Shown one piece after another: positions 27,111-41,013 of a DNA stretch of 64,000 nt (position 1 is the stretch's first letter; each line of letters starts with the position of its first letter). The notes below the pieces were generated by a model. That model had not been told where the DNA came from. It was given only the letters and a program-made list of their open reading frames with translations, and ran no database searches. Source of the stretch: Gonapodya sp. JEL0774 (lineage: Eukaryota). The DNA lies in the NCBI GenBank assembly GCA_027604505.1, contig JADIIX010000050.1, positions 1 through 64,000 of the forward strand. Direction: 5' to 3'. The position numbers and the translations under genes were made by a program.

Positions 27111-28870
27111 CTACGCTAAGTATGTTTTGAGTGCATCTAATTGCTCTAAAACTGTTTTCCTACTTGTACCTCCAATCGCGTTCCTCGAGTCCACGCTCTT
27201 TTCGAAGCTCCACACATCCGATACGTCATTCTCAAACTTTGGATGAAGTGTCTTAAGATCTTCAAGCGACAGTTTATCGATAGATGTTTTCTTCTCCTCT
27301 GCCATTTTAACAGCGTAGCCTGCAACATGGTGTGTCTCACGGAAAGGAACCCCTTTCCGAACAAGGTACTCAGCCAGATCGGTTGCGAGCATGTCCGCGG
27401 AAAGGGCAGACCGCATTTCGTCTGGTTTAATCTGCAATGCGGTTAAATGAGCTCAATACACGTCAATAAACGCAAGAAGGGGGTTAATCACCTTTAGTGT
27501 CGAAAGAACCCCCGCGGTTATTTGTAGACTTCCGGTCAGCGTGTCGACGGCATCGAACATGGGCTCCTTGTCCTCTTGAAGGTCCTTGTTGTAGGTGGAT
27601 GGAATGCCTTTGTACGTCATCATGAAGCCCGTCATCTGGCAATGATGATAACATTCAATTACAATGGGATCCGCAAAGAGGTTATAAGGAATACATACGT
27701 CACCAAAAACACGCCCAGATTTTCCGCGAAGAAGTTCAAGAGAGTCTGGGTTCTTCTTTTGGGGCATCAAACTGCTTCCGGTGCTGGTCAGTTATAGGGT
27801 CAGCATTGGGACACAGCCACCAATGAAGGCTCCAGGATGTCCACTAACCTGTACGCATCTGCAAGGCTCACAAAACCAAACTCGGCGGTGCTATAAAGGA
27901 TTAGGTCTTCAGCTAGCCGACTGATGTGCACCATGGTCAGGCTGGACCAGAAAAGAAGCTCCGCAACGAAGTCTCTGTCGCTGACTGCGTACAGAGAGTT
28001 CGGCAGGACACCTGCGAAGCCAAGTTCCTGGGCTAGGAAGTCACGATCAATGTTGAAAGGATTGCCGGCAAGTGCACCAGCACCGAGGGGAAGAAGATTG
28101 TTACGATCAAGGAAAGATTGTAGGCGAAGAGCGTCTGCATGGAAAGACCATGCGTAAGAGAGAAGCCAGTGTGACCATCGGATTGGTTGTGCGCGCTAGA
28201 AATGGAAACACGTCTCAGCTGTTGTGTGCTTCAAATGCGAATAGTTTCGACCTTCAAACGGACCTGCAAATGTGTGTAACCCGGCATCAAGACATTAATT
28301 TCACTTTCTGCACGGGCAACCAGCACTTTAATAAGCTCCTTCAAATGTCCCATTAACTTGGCCCCTTCGTCCCGGACCCAAAGCCTCATATCAGTAGCAA
28401 CTTGGTCGTTCCTGCTCCTGCCGGTGTGAAGTTTTCCAGCGATGGAGGTGCCAATGAGCTCACCGAGCCTTCTCTCATTGGCGGTATGGATGTCTTCGTC
28501 GGACTGTTCTATCTTAAATGTGCCAGAGTTCCACTCGGCAAGTACGTGATCAAGTCCTGAGACGATAGCATCCCTCTCGGTAGCGGTGATGATTCCTTGC
28601 TTCGCGATGGCACGGGCCTGTGCCTGTGATCCCCGAACATCAGCTGCATACATCCGTTTATCAAATCCAATTGAGGCATTGAATGCCTCCATCAAGGGAT
28701 CAACCTAGATTTTCAAGAACAAATGAAATGGTGCATTGTAGGCCGGAGGAGTGTGAGTTGAGTGTTTCGAGTTCGGCGAGAGAAAGCAATCACAGGCTTT
28801 CCGAAGTAAACGCCATTGTGATTGCGAGATTCATCACCTTTCCATCGAAGCGTCCTCCCCAAAGAGACAT
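27111..28870 (-). CDS. ARG4: Argininosuccinate lyase
   Basis: [68 protein letters not shown] and GVPFRETHH. Confidence 0.98.
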
Positions 28871-28984
28871 CGCACACGTAATTTCGGGTTGAGAGCCGGT
28901 TTTGTGTCCAATTATTATAATGGTACCAACTGTGCTGCCCTGACTGTGCCGGGCCCCGGACCGAAGATATAATTCATTTATTTA

Positions 28985-30967
28985 CTATGATGTCTTTGTC
29001 TTTTCCGATTCTCCATCGCGTAACGCATACATTTGCCTCTGCCACAGCCAGGCTAAGGACACCAAAAATGACCCACATGAAATCACCACGGAAACCATTG
29101 TGAATAGGTCTGGATAGCGAGATGGAGGTGTCATGGTCCAATCAACGAGATGCAAGGCGAGCGCAGCCACGTATGTGGTCTGCCAGATCGGGGAACAATG
29201 TGGTGACAACCTGAATGCGTTCCTCTATCGCTCGCAGACATCATATACTCACAATCATTATCTTTCGAAGCAAAGGAGCATGATTTGTCGAGTTGGAGTA
29301 GGTAAATACGTTCCAATTGATGAGAAGTGCGATGTAAGGCACAGTAAGGCCATCTTTCTTGAGAAGGGGATGATACATGCTGTTTATAGGGACGCCATCA
29401 GCGTTACGGAGCCACCATCATTAGCAATCCACTTAGCGACACGCGAATCAATGACTTCACCTAAATGTCGCCATATTGACAAACCAAGCGCCAAACTGCC
29501 ATTCTTCACAATCTCCGGAGACCATGATCAAGGTAACTGGAAGCAGGGGAAGGAGAATGGTCTTTTCGTGAACTTGAAAGGAAAACAAGAAGAAGGAAAG
29601 GGAGATTGACGCCAGCGCGTAGAGAAATCGTCTTCGGCTCGGACGTCGACGCAGCAGGTCTGCGATGGGCGGTAACGAAGCAACAAGGGTAACACAAATA
29701 CTGAGGCAGAGGTTCCAGTTCTGAGCTCAAAGATATATGCGGGTAGCAAGTTGACTCACCTCAAGCGAGTCAAGACAGATATCGAGAACCAGAGGCGCAA
29801 TTTGATGAATAAGCTAACCGCACACCACACGTTGGCAACTTTATCCTCGTATAAGCCTCTTCCCACAGGAAACACGCGATGAACAATTTGTGCTAGCTGT
29901 GTTGGAAATGAGGGAACCGCAAGGAATGGTGCAAGAATCGCCGCGAACGTTCCCAGAACCGAAACTGCAAGCACCATCAAAAGTCTAGTTCTAACAGAAA
30001 TTGTTAGAAAATGCCTCTGGCAAACATCGCATTCTTGCGAACCCTGGCCGTGGTCCCATCCAGATGCACGTGCCCAGAAGATAAGCGAAGAATGCCAACG
30101 AGTAATACAACGCCATTTGTTTGAAACCAATAGCAACACAGAACCAGATGCTCCCGAGCATGAAGTTCTCGCGCGAAATCAATGCGACACCAAATAACGC
30201 AGCACCGAGCATGACGCTGTTGTACCTGTTAACAAAATGTATAGCATGCAATGTGTTCCAACAACCGTTTCGCAACTGCCTCAAACCACTCACTGAAAAT
30301 GGCCATTATCTACGATGATGAGTGCTGGCTGAACAAGAATAATGAAGGCAGCAATATAGCGATTGCACCGCCCATTTGACTCGTTGTTTGCAACAAATGT
30401 CCAAACAAATGCATACACTGCTGGCACGTAAACAAGAAGTTCAGAAACAATGACAGTGTATCGCATGAATAGGCGCAGTCCGTAGGTCTCTTTGCCCCTT
30501 GACTCATCGAGAGCAACCCACGAAGGATTAATAAGGTTTGCACTAGTTTTCGTAATGAATGGGATACATAGCACACGAATGCAAACATCTGGTAGCTCAC
30601 ATTAGACCCAACATGTAACTATGATATGCCGTTACTGGAGGATAGTCAAGCCCCCAATAACCCAGGTCGTAAAAATACCATTGTGAGATTGGGAGATGCA
30701 GAGTAATTTCGAGCCAGTGGCGCTGGGCTTCGAAGTCACCAAACATGGGAGGGACATTTTGACCTGATGAATCGGGGAGTCTTTGGCGTTGATCGCGGAA
30801 AGTGAAGGGGATTCAGTGGGATCACCTGAATGAGGAAAGATCCCGACAGCGATGCGCAAATAAAGTGCGAATATCATCGAAAATAGTACGATTCTCTGCG
30901 ATGGATTTCCATTGCTGAGGGTAGCAAACAGCCTGTGTGCCAGTGGCGAGTTGATGAGGTTCGACAT
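28985..30967 (-). CDS. ALG6: Dolichyl-PP-Man9GlcNAc2 alpha-1,3-glucosyltransferase
   Basis: [74 protein letters not shown] and PPSRYPDLF. Confidence 0.96.
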
Positions 30968-31121
30968 GTCATTCAGGACAACTTTTCGCTAGTGTTGCCA
31001 TCCGAACTACGGAAATATCCTCAGCAAAATTTCTACATCACCTGACTACGTTTAGCGTATTTTAAGTAGATAAGAAAAAACACCCTGCCAAGCAGGACTC
31101 GAAAGTGTCATTATGTAATTA

Positions 31122-34100
31122 TCAACGCTGGGAGGTGAGTCTGCGACTCCCGTTGGTCTTCACGGTGGAGTGAGGACCGTCCACAACATTCAGTACTCCA
31201 TTCAAAAACAAGTCAAGTTTTTTCTGGGGCTGAAATGGCACGAAACTATCAACGACAGGATCCTTGAAACACCTAACACAAGGGAAACCTACCGTGCCCT
31301 CAACTTCTGCGAGTCTACGCACTTTGTTGATATCAGGAATTGGTGTCAGAGGTCGGCGTTCCGGTGTTTGTGGGTTCCACTCAGGTAAGTTAAAGGCTCC
31401 CAACTTAGCTTCGTGTGCTTTAACAAAGCGCTCCATGGTCCGTGACTGATTTTCGGCATCAGTCTGGTTCTGTGACAGCACATCAAGAGTTGCAGCGGAT
31501 TGGGAGAGGCTTGCTTCTGCTTCACGCAGCAACCGACCAACCCTCTCTACTTCCGCGTCCTTCTCCTGTAATAGTGTCCGCGCAGTATGGAGTTCCGCCT
31601 GCAAAGAAGCATTTGCTCGTTCGGCGATTGAAAGCTGTGTAGCTAGCAATTGTATCTGCTGGACATGCAGAGCGATCGTTTTGTTAAGCTCTGCAACACT
31701 TGAGTTCAACTTCTGATTCTCGCTCTTGAGCTCCATCTCAACAAGGTCCACGTCTCTCATTTTATCCACCAAAGAAACGTTCTCTTTTTGAAGGCATTCA
31801 ATCTCGGTTCTTTGTTTATCAATAAACTGTTGGGAATCAGCTTCAAGAAGATCACTCCTCGCAACAATGTTGGTTGCTTTCGAAGCGTGCGAAGTCTCCA
31901 TCTCCTCTTTCTGGTCCTTTAGTGACTGATCATCCAGTAGATTGCGTTCGTACGCTGTGTCAACAAAGGATGGCTTACCCCGCATTGCATAGCCGGAGGG
32001 TGTTTGAGTCGCGAAAGGCATAAACAGTCCCATCGCACTAGTGTTTATTCCGGATGTCAAACCAGGTGTTGCCAATTCCCGTGACGTGGAACTTGCAGCT
32101 GGTGTGCCGAATGGGGGCGAATTTAACAATGGGGAGTTCCCAGGTTCGTTGCAATACAGCTGTTCTGACGATTCCCAAAGTCCCAGCACGCGGTCGTCCT
32201 CAGCGTCATGAGGCTCCTTCGGCGACTCAGAAGAGGTGGTCCCCGATTCTCCTGGAGCCTCCAGGTTTATCGACGAATCATAGTCGCCGCTGAACTGAAC
32301 AGCTGGAAGAATGGGGGAACCTGCCTGAATGCCCGTAAATGTTTCCTCAAAAGATATTTGGTCGTTTTGGATCTCCAAATGATCATCAACGGCATCGACG
32401 ACAATTCTATTGGTGATATCCAGATCCTACAGAGACACATATTACCAAGGGAAGCCTTTAAAAAACAAGAAAACGAGCTCACCACTTGTACCACCTTTTC
32501 GATCAATGTGCCTTGCTGAAGAGAACTTCGCGTATCTTCATGAGCAACCTTGAAGGTCTGAGACGTGTTTTCGATGCGTTTGGATTCCGACGAAGCTTCG
32601 TCCTGATCTTTCATGATGCTTTCCAAGTCTTCTTTGTCTCCGTACTGTCCCATGCTCTCCGAATTGCTGGATTTGTTGAGATTCGAGCCCATGGTCTCAT
32701 TGCCAACTAAGTCAAGCTCTTGCGCAGAAAGGAGCTCTATCGAGTCCTCAAAGTTCGGAAGACCGATGTCAGTCGAAAATGGGTTGTCCAATGCTGGCAA
32801 GTGGGGATTAATGTTCTGTACTGTCGGGGTTTTCATGGCATCAACCATTGGTACTGGAAAGGGTCGCGCTGTCGGTGTCCGCAGATCGGAGCCTTCGGGT
32901 GACATGGTCATATCAGATTGAATGCTGCTTCCTGCATGATTTATCATAGCCGGTTGTAGTTGTGTCGTTGGCGTCAGCAGAATGGAGGGAACACGTGCGC
33001 GGGGAATGGATCTCCGTTCACTCGGAGCACCGTTTGAATATTTCCGTGTGACGACTGCATCCTCATCACCTCTCGTTCCACTCAATATGCGGGGCATAAC
33101 GGGTGTCACCGCGACGTAACTCGAAGATTTTTGACTCAACAATGAGGTCGGTGTACTTGCAAGGTTGTGCGGTGCTTTGAAACTTAGAGACTCGGGAGCT
33201 GAAGGTCCTATAATCGGTGTCCGAGACTCGACTTCATCAACAACCTCGAAAACACTGATGCCAGTAACGGGGGCGTTGGGTGTCTGTGTCAGTGCAGGAA
33301 ACTGTAGTGTACCAGGTGCAATATCAATTGTGACATCCTCAAGGACAATCCTGCGTTGATCGACAGTTATGCCCAGCTCATTTTCGTCCATTGCACGGTC
33401 AAAATCTGAATGCTCGTCGGTTGATTCCTCCGAGTGGTCAATGAAATGGTTTTCTTGTGTAGATTTGTCGTTGATTGATGAGTGAACAGTATCCGAGTGA
33501 CCGGTCGACCTGCTCAGCTGTTAAACGTCAACACGACAACCATTCGAAGGGTTGTTCGTTAGGTCCCGTGATATCAGTATGCGATCGCACTCTGTCGATT
33601 CAAACTCACAATACTTCCCCGATCCCCTGTCCCGGCATCCCGTTCTAGAGTGTCCCAGTCGGCCACTTCACGAAGCATGAGTTGCCTAAGGCATCTCCTC
33701 TGAGAAGAGCTCAGTGCGTACAAGTTTGCGAAGAAGGCTTCAGGATTCCCTCGGTAAACGACGCTCATGGCTCTTCGAGTTGCCTCTTTTACTGCGGAGT
33801 CCTGATCAGTTGCAAGCGCTCCCAGTCGAGTGACAAGGAATCGAGCGTCTACGATTGCATTGAAGATAAAACCAGCAATAGACGCAGAAGCGGTTTAGGC
33901 AGATTCGGACTTGTAACGTGGAGAGCATAACTTACGGGAACCAGCCCAACCTTCAGCTCTCCCAATCGCGTCTGCAGCCATTTCCACGACGCCCACGCGT
34001 ACCTTTGCGTTCTTTGCGACATCTGGCACTCCGAGAGCTCCGAGAGCAGCGATTACAATATCGTCGGCACCGCATCGGCCTACTGCCTCCAAGACAGAAG

Positions 34101-36314
34101 CAGCGGCCTGAAGCGCAAGTGTTTTGCCCTTGTATTGTCCTGACTTTGTTACAACCAAGGCGCGAGCCAAAAAGAACTCCAAGTAATCACGGGGCTTGTT
34201 TATTCGAGCAAGGAATCTGGCAGCACCACCAAGGGCCTCAGCAAGAACCTTAAAATGCGTGTCTGAACAACCTTGCGACAAGAGCTCCGACATGCGAAGA
34301 GAGTGGCGGTCGAGATCAAATGGGGAGAGGGAATCAACAAGGGAGGAGAGGATAGCAAAGGCGCGGTGGCGGTTCGACCAGTCTGCACTACGAATTTGGG
34401 ATGAGAGCTGTGTATACTCCAGGTTCGAAAAACTTGAGCCAGATGGTGGGGCCTGGTCGGTAGTCCGAATGGTGGGAATACGGCTCCTGTCCTTCACCGC
34501 GGTCGCTGATGGAAGAATTACAGTTGGCTGGCTTGCCGGTGCCAAGGGTTTAAGCTTCCTAATCGGTTTGTCGTTTGGCGGGAGGACCTTTTCCTTTGCA
34601 GGGTCATCAGTTTTAACAATGGGGACGGATGGGAGGATCTTCTTGTCTGTAACAGTTGGCTCCTTCCTAATGGGTTGGGCTATCGTGGGAGCAACCGGAT
34701 CGTCACTTGGTTCTATGGGGTCCGATGTAACGGTTCGCGTGGGAGGGCCAGCGAGAACAGGTCGTCGTCGAGCTTCCGAGGCGAATCGATGGGAACCCGC
34801 GGTCGGCTCTTCGGGTTTGACGGGAACAGCTACCCGCTGAGCACCTGGTGTGAAAAACATGCCTTGCAGAGAGAAGGCGCCATACATATATTTTGCAGGA
34901 GTCGAAACTCACCGGTCATTCCAATCTTTCTCTTCGGTGCGATAAAGAGCGGCATGGATGCCGTTGTCAGTCCTGCAATGCCCGTCGATGGTTCCTCTCC
35001 TCCGCTTGCGACACGGATTTCCTCTGGGGCATGCACCGAGTCAGGTCTCAACCTCCTCGCACTAAGAACTCCGGGTCGATCGGTTGTCACAATAGAATCC
35101 CCCGACTCAGAATGTATGTTCCCACCAATGCTCTGCCGGGGGCGTCGCATAGCACTGCCCAGGGAAGCGTGAAGAGGTGTCTTCGGAACAGCGACTCCTG
35201 TCTCGGAAAAATCCAACGAAGGTGCGGATTCAAACACTGAAGACTGGCGGGGGCGACGTTGGGCCAGATTAGAAAGATTTGATTCGGGTACGACTGAAGT
35301 GGGGCTCTGCTTTGTTGGTACAAGAGGTGCCTTGGGGGTAGCGGGGGGTGCAATAATCTCAATATGGTCGGCAGGTTGAGTTGATCGATCCATGTTATCA
35401 CCGCGTGCGACTTGAAAGGCGGATCGAATCTGACGAACATTAAGGCGAGGTGGGGCTTCACGAGCTGGGTTGAGGTTCAAGTACTTCTTCGCAGTGGAGG
35501 GTAGAGATTGATGCAAGCTGCCGGAAAATAGGAGTCACATGGTTGTGCATGAAGCTATCAATTAACCGCGTGATTTTGCGGAGAGCACACACGTGAACAC
35601 TCACCTTCCTGTTCTCTCCGGAAACAAGGAACAATATTTGGTGTACATCCCTCGTGCGGATTCCCTGACCAGCGGGTTAGAGTCCTCGATGGCGGTTCTG
35701 ATTGCCGCTTCGATAAGCTGCTGATGGTCCATCAAGTCATTTGCCGGGGTGAGGGCGAGACAGTCGTTGAGGACCTCCGCGGCCGAACCTCGCAGGGCTT
35801 TACTCTTAGACTTAAGACCGTCCGCGAAAATCGGAATAGCTCGGGGCAGTTGCGAAGTTCGGACGATTGCCTTAAGGCATGCGGTGGCGTTGGAAGAAAA
35901 TACCTTGTTGCTGCGAGCTGTAATGGCGAGAACTGGAGAAGCGAATATGTCGGAGAGGACATCAAAATCGCGACCCAATAGAGCAGCAATCGCCTCAGTA
36001 ACCTCAAGACCAGTGCGAGACAGTCGGGAACGCTCGCTAGACATCTAAATGAGGTGAAACGAATGCTGGTCAGTTTGAAGGCGGAAGTTATCTGGGGATG
36101 CCGCACGTCAACATACAGCACTTATGATGTGAGTCTGTAGCTTCCTGGCGACAGCTAGCATATGATCAGGCTTCTTCAGCCCATGCGATGCTGCCGACAA
36201 GACGGCCGCCTTGAGTTTTGCGAGGGAGTCATCCATGGAATTCCAGGTTTCCTCCGTCTCCTTCTGGGAAAAGGCCGCGAGCACATTACGCGATTCACTC
36301 TCAATCTGATCCAT
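31122..36314 (-). CDS. CLASP/Stu1-like TOG-domain microtubule-associated protein with C-terminal coiled coil
   Basis: CLASP_N: FSQKETEETW...MSSERSRLSRTGL...KSKSKALR...IEDSNPLVRESAR. A second HEAT/TOG repeat reads SADWSNRH...DTHFKV, followed by a long S/P/T-rich linker and heptad repeats (31500-31900). Confidence 0.8.
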
Positions 36315-36627
36315 CGGAGAGGAGAGGGCGGCCGATGGAGGAAATTGGTGATGACAAGTGGGTGAATGAGACGCCGCTTTCAGGTGGGTCGAAGTTGGGG
36401 GGAAGGCGGGACCCGATTGGCGGTTGATGACGGTGACTATGCTCTAAATAAAGGATTCTTTGAGAAAACGCGCGATTCCTGCCGGATTGGAATGTGGCAA
36501 ATGGCAATGAGAGTTGGAGTTTTGGGGTTCAAATCCATTTATGCTCGAGCCAGTTCCCTCGTCGTGAAGTCGGCAACCCCCCCCTGGCAAAATGTACGCA
36601 TAATTGTACACATGCTAAAACAACTGT

Positions 36628-39600
36628 TCATAATCCTCTTCTGAGAGATGGGCTGCTGAACTCTCTCTGTAATATTTGCTCAATTAACTTGTCCGTCAAT
36701 GACACGTTGGCAATCCCGCTTTCACCTATCCCACGAATGTCCAAGTGAGAAACAGCATGCAAAACTGACTCTCTAATCAAGGAAAAAAATGAAAGGAGTT
36801 GTTGTCATGATACGGAAATGGATGAAAAACTGAGTTATCCTACAAACCTTACCAACATTGTTAAATCGGAACACGTCAATCCTTCTGTTTCCTCCGTCCA
36901 CCGGGACAACGATACTTCAGCCACGTCCACATGCATTCGCACCTTCCTTCCCAGCAAACTAATCGTATTGCCGTCCCCTCGTCTCATCTTGTCGATTGCA
37001 CCTTGCAAAATGTCTTCCCTGTCCTCCCGATTCGGGGTACCCACCTCCATCACTCTGTCAATCCGTCCTGGTCGAAGGATAGCATCGTCTACCATGCCGA
37101 CTTGCGATGTTGCCGCGACAAGTAACACGTGTGGCAAAGGAGTCGATGCAGCTTCGCTGAAAGGTCCAGGCGAGTTTCCCATTCCAGACTTTGCAAAACC
37201 GACACCATCTAGCTCGTTGAGAAGCGTGGAAAGAACACGATGAGGAACAGACGTCGAGGTGGCGTGGTCTGCAAGGTCTTTAAGGGCATACAGGGTCTCT
37301 GAGACCAGCCTGAGTCCAGAAATGATGTTGAGAGGCACTCACCCCGTTTCGTTGCAATCGATTCGAGCTCGTCAATAAACAGGATGCAGGGTGAAAGCCT
37401 CCGGGCCTGAGCGAACACTTCTCGTACGATTCGCTCCGACTCGCCAAGGTACTTAGAGAAAATTTGGGAACTGGAAAGATCATTGTCTGTTTCAGATATT
37501 CAACTTTGTCGATGGATGTGTCATCTGGTAAACCAAGGAGTATCTTACACGTTTACAGCTTTGAAGTTCATCTTCGAAACAGACGCCAAGGCATTGCAAA
37601 TCAATGTCTTGCCACAACCTGCCAAAATCACACCATGCAACAGGTCAGATGGTCTGTCACCATTGCAGTTGGACCTAATCCTCACCTGACGGTCCGTGCA
37701 GGAGAATGCCAGTCGGCGCTTCCGTACCAAGCCTCGAAAACGCCTCTGGACGAGTCAAGGGCCATTCCACGAGCTGCAAAATTCGCTGCTTAAGAGTTTT
37801 GTAGCTGGGATGTTTATGGTCGCGATGACCGTGCCAACCACAGCAAGAGTGTGGGATTCCCACAATCAATAATCAAACGGAAAAGCATTATCTTACCCCC
37901 GAACATCTTCCCATTGCACACGAGGTCGGTTCATCTCCGGAACAGCGGCCCGGCTTGGCGAGGCGAAAGGAAGTGACCCAAGAAAGTCAGCCAATCCAAC
38001 TTCGATCACCTGTCGGTTGTTGCGACATATCGTTGCGAGGAGTGGAAATTTGTGAGAAAAACTTTCCGTCACATCAAAAAGCTTGATGTACAGCGCATCG
38101 CACCTTGGAACCGGCCTCTCTTCCAACTTTCACCACCCTCCTCACAGCGGCGTATCCAGCTTCCTTCACGAGTCTCTCGAGATCGCCGGGCACGTATCCC
38201 GGCGTCACATGGCTCAGTTCTTCCGCGAGCGCGTTGCGAACCACGTCTGCGGGCGGAGATGCGGGGAACACGGGGGCGATGGGAAGTGGCACACCGATGG
38301 GGGAACAAGCGAAGCTAAGAAGAAGAGTGTTGAGGATCGCATGCCGTTGGGAGCTGGTAAGAGTGCAGGATATTAGGGTTCGGATCTAATGTTTCACACG
38401 ATGATTGAAAGAACCCTACTCACCGCGTGGGAATGGGTAACGAAACCACATTCTCAGGGAATGCATGCTTCCTCAATGATGTGGGCAATGCAGCCGCGTT
38501 TCGGGTCGTCCCAATCACGAAGATCTACAATCCATTATCAATGACTCGGTGGAAGCTGAGCTCGAAGGGCCAAATTCGTCGGTTTCCCACCTGGCTGTTC
38601 ACCGAGGCCGAACCCTCACGCTCTAGTGCTTTCACAAGTAGGGGTACGACGAGAGAATCTTCAAGCACGGATATCAGATCAGCTAAGAACAAGGTACAGA
38701 GAACTTTGTATCTGACCTCGACCCACTTCATCCACACCGACAACAACAACTACTCCCGGTGCCCCAAGTCGTGCCTTATCGAAAGCCAAACGGCAAATGC
38801 GCTGCAGCTTCGAGGGCGCTGATCCTTCGTTGGCCTCTGCGCCGTCTTGGTGGTCCTCTCCCTCGGAGAGCTCGCGGCGGAGGTAAGGGAGGAGAGGCGA
38901 CAAGTCAAGAAGAGAGTAGGTGTAGTTGAGGCGGGCGCAGGTAATCCTTTTGCGATCCAGAGTACACGAACATTGAAGCGGCGTTACGAGGCTCTTGAGA
39001 CACATTAACGCACCTACCGAACGAGAGTTTTCTTTCCGGACCCGGCAACTCCTTCGAGAAGCATTGCCCGTGGGGCAGTAAGAGCCAGGCGAGCGAAGAG
39101 AGCACGATCGGAGAGGAACGTGGCTTGTTGGTCGAGGAGAGGGCGGGTCACAATTGTGTTTTGGTAGCCTACAATACCGAAAGTGGCCAGAGGAACCTAC
39201 ACAAGAACTCCGCGAACGTGATGGAGAAATCTGTTTCCGCAAACATGGCAACGTCATGATCGTCCTTCTTTTCCGTTGAAACAACTTTAATGGTTGTTTC
39301 GTTGTCCACCTCGAATAATGTCGTGCGTTCTTGAACTACGTCTTGTTCGACAGTAGAGGTGATGTTCCACACGACAGCAGAGCAATACAGTCCGTTAAGC
39401 GGGAGGCCGACAGTCGATCCACCAACGATCTTGATTCGCGTTTCCACAAATAGAAGCAGAATCAGGCCTTTGGAGAACCATTCACCTGGGTGAATTCAGT
39501 GCTCACGAACTTGACTTTTCTCATGGCCTTGGCAATGTCTATCTCCAATTCTTTTCGCAATAGATTTGTTCGATTATCACTCGAAGTAGAAACCAGCCTG

Positions 39601-40023
39601 CCTGGAGGGGCCAGACGGAGGTCGATGGTCACTGAAGAGGCTTTGGGAATATTTTCGTCAAGAGAGTTTTCGTCCAACCTGCTTCGATAAAGTAAAGCAA
39701 ATCATACCTCTCCCCACATGAGTATGTACTTCCACGTCTCCTTCCGTGCTTCCCAGAACTGCCTTGTCCAGGGCAATCTCACCTTCCTCCACCAATTGAT
39801 CTCCAGCGGCACTCCACGCCAGTTCCACCTGAACACATCGGGGAATTGCATCATTTATACGAACAACTGCGGATACTGAATGACTAGGAGAAGGTTTGAG
39901 GATTGCTGCAGTTGAGGAATGGATGAAACCGACGGGTAAGGAAGTTTTAGAGGAGAGAAGGAACGAGCGTGACGACAGGGCGATTGCACGAAGGCGCTGC
40001 GATTGTGGAGTTGTGCTGGACAT
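36628..40023 (-). CDS. Type II AAA+ ATPase, CDC48/AFG2(SPATA5)-family, with degenerate first module
   Basis: D2 module: PRVQWEDVRG, GILLHGPSGCGKT, SKYLGESER, CILFIDELE, VLSTLLNELDG, DAILRPGRIDR. D1 Walker A reads MLLEGVAGSGKKT. Confidence 0.85.
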
Positions 40024-41013
40024 TCTCCAACAAATCTGCGGCGTTGGAGGACTGAAATCAACGTGAGGTGAGAGGACGTGAAGACATGAATGTGACCAAA
40101 GCATTGAGGACCGAAGGCTATTTCGGCTGGGATGCTTGCGTACTGTGTGACCAAAGCAGCCATGGAAGTCCCGTCTGGCGCACTGTATTGTCCATTACAT
40201 ACCCCTCATTCTGGACGTTTTGCGACTACGCTTGACCTCTTCCCATTCCACCACGCCCGCTTCCCGATCACCATTTACCTTGACACACCAAGCTCTGCAC
40301 ATGATACTCGGTGGGTCCATTATCATGTGCAGGAGTCGCCCCTGCTGTTAAAGCCTCCAGAACCACATTGAACGCAGCTACGTAGATGCTGTGTACTAGG
40401 TAGTGCATTTGCTGCTCAGTGTGAGCTTACGAATTTGAGGGATACGTGAAAACGTGGCTTGGTTCCTGAATCCGGGTGTTACAACACCCCTCGTATGACC
40501 CTCGTAGGACATTTAAGCGATATACATTAACAAAATTCCTGTGCGAATAGTACACAGTGGTCTCTGACCTCATCTGGGCATTGTAAATCAGCGATGCAAC
40601 GTGAACATCATTAATGTTAACATCACTTCGGCCGAGCAGCTACCCAATTCTTCGTAAGACAAAATTGAATTCACGCTTAGAAACGCAGTGATGTAAAGTC
40701 GCAAATTTTGGGTGTCATAGCCTCTAAAAGGTAAAAGCCCCCCACTGATATATGTTGAGAACTGTCAAATCCATTGCCAATGACCAAGTGCAGGCTCCGC
40801 GGAATATCTCGCCATATACCATATTCTTCAAGGAGAAACAGCTCTTATGTGGGACACCCTGTTATTGGAGTCACGCGCATGCAACTGACGCAATCATGTC
40901 GGCTTTTTGCGGGTTCCATATTCGAGGTATCCAATGACCGTTCCCTCCGACACAAGACATCCAAGCTGCTATCAATATGGCTTCACTTCAACCCCTCCCG
41001 GATTCAGCATCTT

